From positions 736,001-800,000 of the forward strand of contig CAUVWX020000001.1 of NCBI GenBank assembly GCA_963555815.3: DNA of 64,000 nucleotides, given 5' to 3'. Source of the DNA: a bacterium (GTDB lineage Bacteria > UBA8248 > JACPRG01 > G963555815). How positions within the stretch are numbered: the stretch's first letter is position 1; the number at the start of each line of letters is the position of its first letter. A model generated the notes under the pieces. It ran no database searches. It worked only from the letters and a program-made list of their open reading frames with translations, and had not been told where the DNA came from. Below are positions 61,734 through 64,000 of the stretch, piece by piece. The position numbers and the translations under genes were made by a program.

Positions 61734-63215
61734 ATGGCTGGGACTCTTGTGGACAGGGCGATGAGCCCTCCCAGGGCTGGGAGCCCTCCAGGCAGGCAGA
61801 AGGCTGTCCTGCCGTTGGCCCTGGCGGCGGTGACGGCCTTGGGTCTGGGCATCTGGGCCCCGAGGCTCTTGGGGCTTCCCCCCGTTCCCGCCTTCCTGAT
61901 GATCTTCCCCCTGGGTCTCGCTTCCGGGCTCATGCTCTGGCGTCCCGCGGTGGCCATGCCGGTGGCGCTCTTCTTTCTCCCTCTCATCAATGTCCATTTT
62001 GAGCTGGGTCTGGCCGAAAAGACCCTCTCCTTTGACAAGCTCCTCCTCCCCCTCATGATAGTGACCTGGGGGGCGAACCGCTTGGCGCGCGGGGAGTACC
62101 GGATCCCCCGAGATCCCCTCCTCTCTCTCTGGGTGGCCTGGCTTCTGGTTCAGTCCATTACACTGGCCCTGGTCCAGACTTCCCTGTTGGACCAGGCCTG
62201 GTATCTGACAGAGCAGATCACTTACCTCCTCTTCTTCTTGCTGGCGTTAGATGTCTTGAAGGCCCCCGGCACAGCCCTTAGGGTCTTGAAAGTCCTCATG
62301 ATAGGCGGTTGGATTGTCGCGTCCCTCGGCCTCGCTCAGGAGTTTCTTATTCGGATGGGAGGGCCTACCATTGACCTCACCTACCCCTCGACGGGGCGCT
62401 ATGCCACGGAATCTGGGTCCACCATCGGCCAGCCCAACTTCTTTTCCGCTTTCCAGATCCTGACCCTTCCCCTGACGGCCTGGGCGTGGTGGCAAGCGTC
62501 GGGCTGGCGACGGGGGGCCCTCTCGTTCCTGGGTCTGATCCAGGCGGGCGGGATCTTCATGGCCAAGAGCATCGGTGGGGTGGTGGGCCTGGCGGCGGCA
62601 GGGCTGGTGGTCGTGTGGTGGAAGGGGAGTCGTCGTTGGCGTCTGGCGGGCCCGATCTTCGCGGCCGTGGGGGTGGTGGCGATCTTGTGGCTCGTTCAGG
62701 CCCGAGACCCCCGGGGCCTCGATCGCTCCATCGCCATCCGCGCCCACATCCTGGGGGTGACTCGCCAAATGTTTTTGGACTCCCCACTGTTTGGCCACGG
62801 GCTCGGTCGTTTCACCTCCCTCTTTCCCGAATATGAGCAGGTCTATGCCCGGGAGGACCTGGAAGGGGAGATAAAAGATTTTCGGGCCTTCCCTCTGAGC
62901 GTCTCGTCCCACAACTGGTATCTGCGCCTGGCTATCGAGGGGGGCCTTACCAGCCTGATTGTCTTTTTAGGTCTTATCGGGTGGGTCCTGGCGACCCGCT
63001 GGTATGCCTTGAGGGCCCCTCCCCCATTGCTTCCCCCCTTCATCAAGAACCCCGGGGCCCTTCGCCTGGCCCTGCTGGTGGCCCTGGTGGGTTTTGTCCT
63101 CCAGGCGTTGACTGATGAGCTCTTTGCCTACTCGAAGATTGTCATCGTTTTCTGGACCCTCGTGGCGATCGGCGTGAATTTGGACGGAGGCCCCAGGATG
63201 GAGAGGGCGGGTTGA
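61734..63215 (+). CDS. O-antigen ligase/Wzy_C family membrane protein
   Basis: multiple TM; STIGQPNF, PLFGHGLGRF, SHNWYL..AIEGG. Confidence 0.82.
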   Translation: MAGTLVDRAMSPPRAGSPPGRQKAVLPLALAAVTALGLGIWAPRLLGLPPVPAFLMIFPLGLASGLMLWRPAVAMPVALFFLPLINVHFELGLAEKTLSFDKLLLPLMIVTWGANRLARGEYRIPRDPLLSLWVAWLLVQSITLALVQTSLLDQAWYLTEQITYLLFFLLALDVLKAPGTALRVLKVLMIGGWIVASLGLAQEFLIRMGGPTIDLTYPSTGRYATESGSTIGQPNFFSAFQILTLPLTAWAWWQASGWRRGALSFLGLIQAGGIFMAKSIGGVVGLAAAGLVVVWWKGSRRWRLAGPIFAAVGVVAILWLVQARDPRGLDRSIAIRAHILGVTRQMFLDSPLFGHGLGRFTSLFPEYEQVYAREDLEGEIKDFRAFPLSVSSHNWYLRLAIEGGLTSLIVFLGLIGWVLATRWYALRAPPPLLPPFIKNPGALRLALLVALVGFVLQALTDELFAYSKIVIVFWTLVAIGVNLDGGPRMERAG

Positions 63216-63264
63216 GCCTCCCCCGCCCCTTGGGATAGAGTCCATCCACTCCGGGGAGCTTCAT

Positions 63265-63984
63265 ATGCAGGAGCCGATGGCCCATCGGGTCCTTGTCATC
63301 GTCCCCACTTATAACGAGCGGGAAAATCTGCCCCGGTTCTTGGAAGAACTTCTGGCCCTTCCCCTCCACCTTCAGGTGCTCGTCGTAGATGACAATTCCC
63401 CAGACGGGACCGGCCGCCTGGCCGAAGAGCTCTCCCGCAAGGAGCCGCGCCTTCAAGTTCTGCACCGACCCAGGAAGATGGGGCTCGGCTCGGCCTATCG
63501 AGAGGGTTTCGCCTGGGCCCTTCAGAGAGATTTTGATCGGGTCGTGGAGATGGACGCGGATTTTTCCCATGACCCTCGCGCCCTCCCTAAGCTCATCGCC
63601 GCCTCGGACGAGGTGGACCTCGTCATCGGGTCTCGATATGTGAGTGGGGGAGGGACAGTCGGCTGGGGGGCCCTTCGTCGGTTCATCAGCCAGGGGGGGT
63701 GCCTTTACGCCCGGCTCATCTTGGGGACACCCATCCGGGACCTGACGGGGGGATTCAAATGCTTTCGGCGAAGAGTCCTTGAGGCCATCGACCTTGGAGA
63801 GGTCGCCTCAGAGGGTTACTCCTTTCAAATCGAAATGAATTACCGAGTCCTCAAGGGGGGATTTTCTGTGAAGGAGATTCCCATCCTCTTCACCGACCGC
63901 CGGGTCGGGAAATCCAAGATGTCCTGGAGGATCTTCTGGGAGGGCATTCGAAGGGTCTGGTGGATGCGTCGGGCGATCGGTTAA
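63265..63984 (+). CDS. polyprenol monophosphomannose synthase (DPM1-like GT2)
   Basis: IVPTYNERENL, VDDNSPDGT, MDADFSHDP, DLTGGFKC, GYSFQIE. Confidence 0.92.
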   Translation: MQEPMAHRVLVIVPTYNERENLPRFLEELLALPLHLQVLVVDDNSPDGTGRLAEELSRKEPRLQVLHRPRKMGLGSAYREGFAWALQRDFDRVVEMDADFSHDPRALPKLIAASDEVDLVIGSRYVSGGGTVGWGALRRFISQGGCLYARLILGTPIRDLTGGFKCFRRRVLEAIDLGEVASEGYSFQIEMNYRVLKGGFSVKEIPILFTDRRVGKSKMSWRIFWEGIRRVWWMRRAIG

Positions 63985-64000
63985 GGGGGAGAGTGGAGCT

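Overview
GC-rich bacterial chromosome segment. The split F1Fo operon (b', b, delta, alpha, gamma, beta, epsilon, with no a/c subunits), a tRNA-Sec and a moeA/moeA-PBP pair suggest a deltaproteobacteria/Nitrospinota-like lineage, which is inference only. Housekeeping blocks include rfbD/galU, two CNNM-CBS Mg2+ exporters, sgaA-tatA-moeA-moeA-thrB, the atp operon, eno-glycerate kinase, znuABC, ilvE, tRNA-Asp/Val/Sec and an EPS/LPS locus. These alternate with decaying accessory patches at about 3.2-11.9 kb, 23.9-25.2 kb, 27.7-29.9 kb and 54-57.8 kb, which carry in-frame stops, frameshifts and gene stubs. Main highlights: (1) One ECF-type promoter motif (TGAAYCCTTnTG-N8-CGnnTCTA) sits upstream of an ECF sigma/ZAS anti-sigma operon and upstream of both copies of a duplicated, unrecognised secreted protein with 28-aa 'TIDSENYVP' modules and conserved UTRs. 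This is a candidate undescribed ECF regulon. (2) A three-gene cassette (cupredoxin-like FedA-type protein, FedB-type membrane protein with a predicted mature N-terminal His, and a 700-aa lipoprotein of unknown function) may be a copper system. (3) A Pro-rich MgtL-like leader ORF precedes the Mg2+ exporters. (4) A LysR-glycosyltransferase-selC selenium locus is present. (5) A sensor kinase lacks its phospho-His. All family assignments come from motif recognition by eye; no database searches were run.
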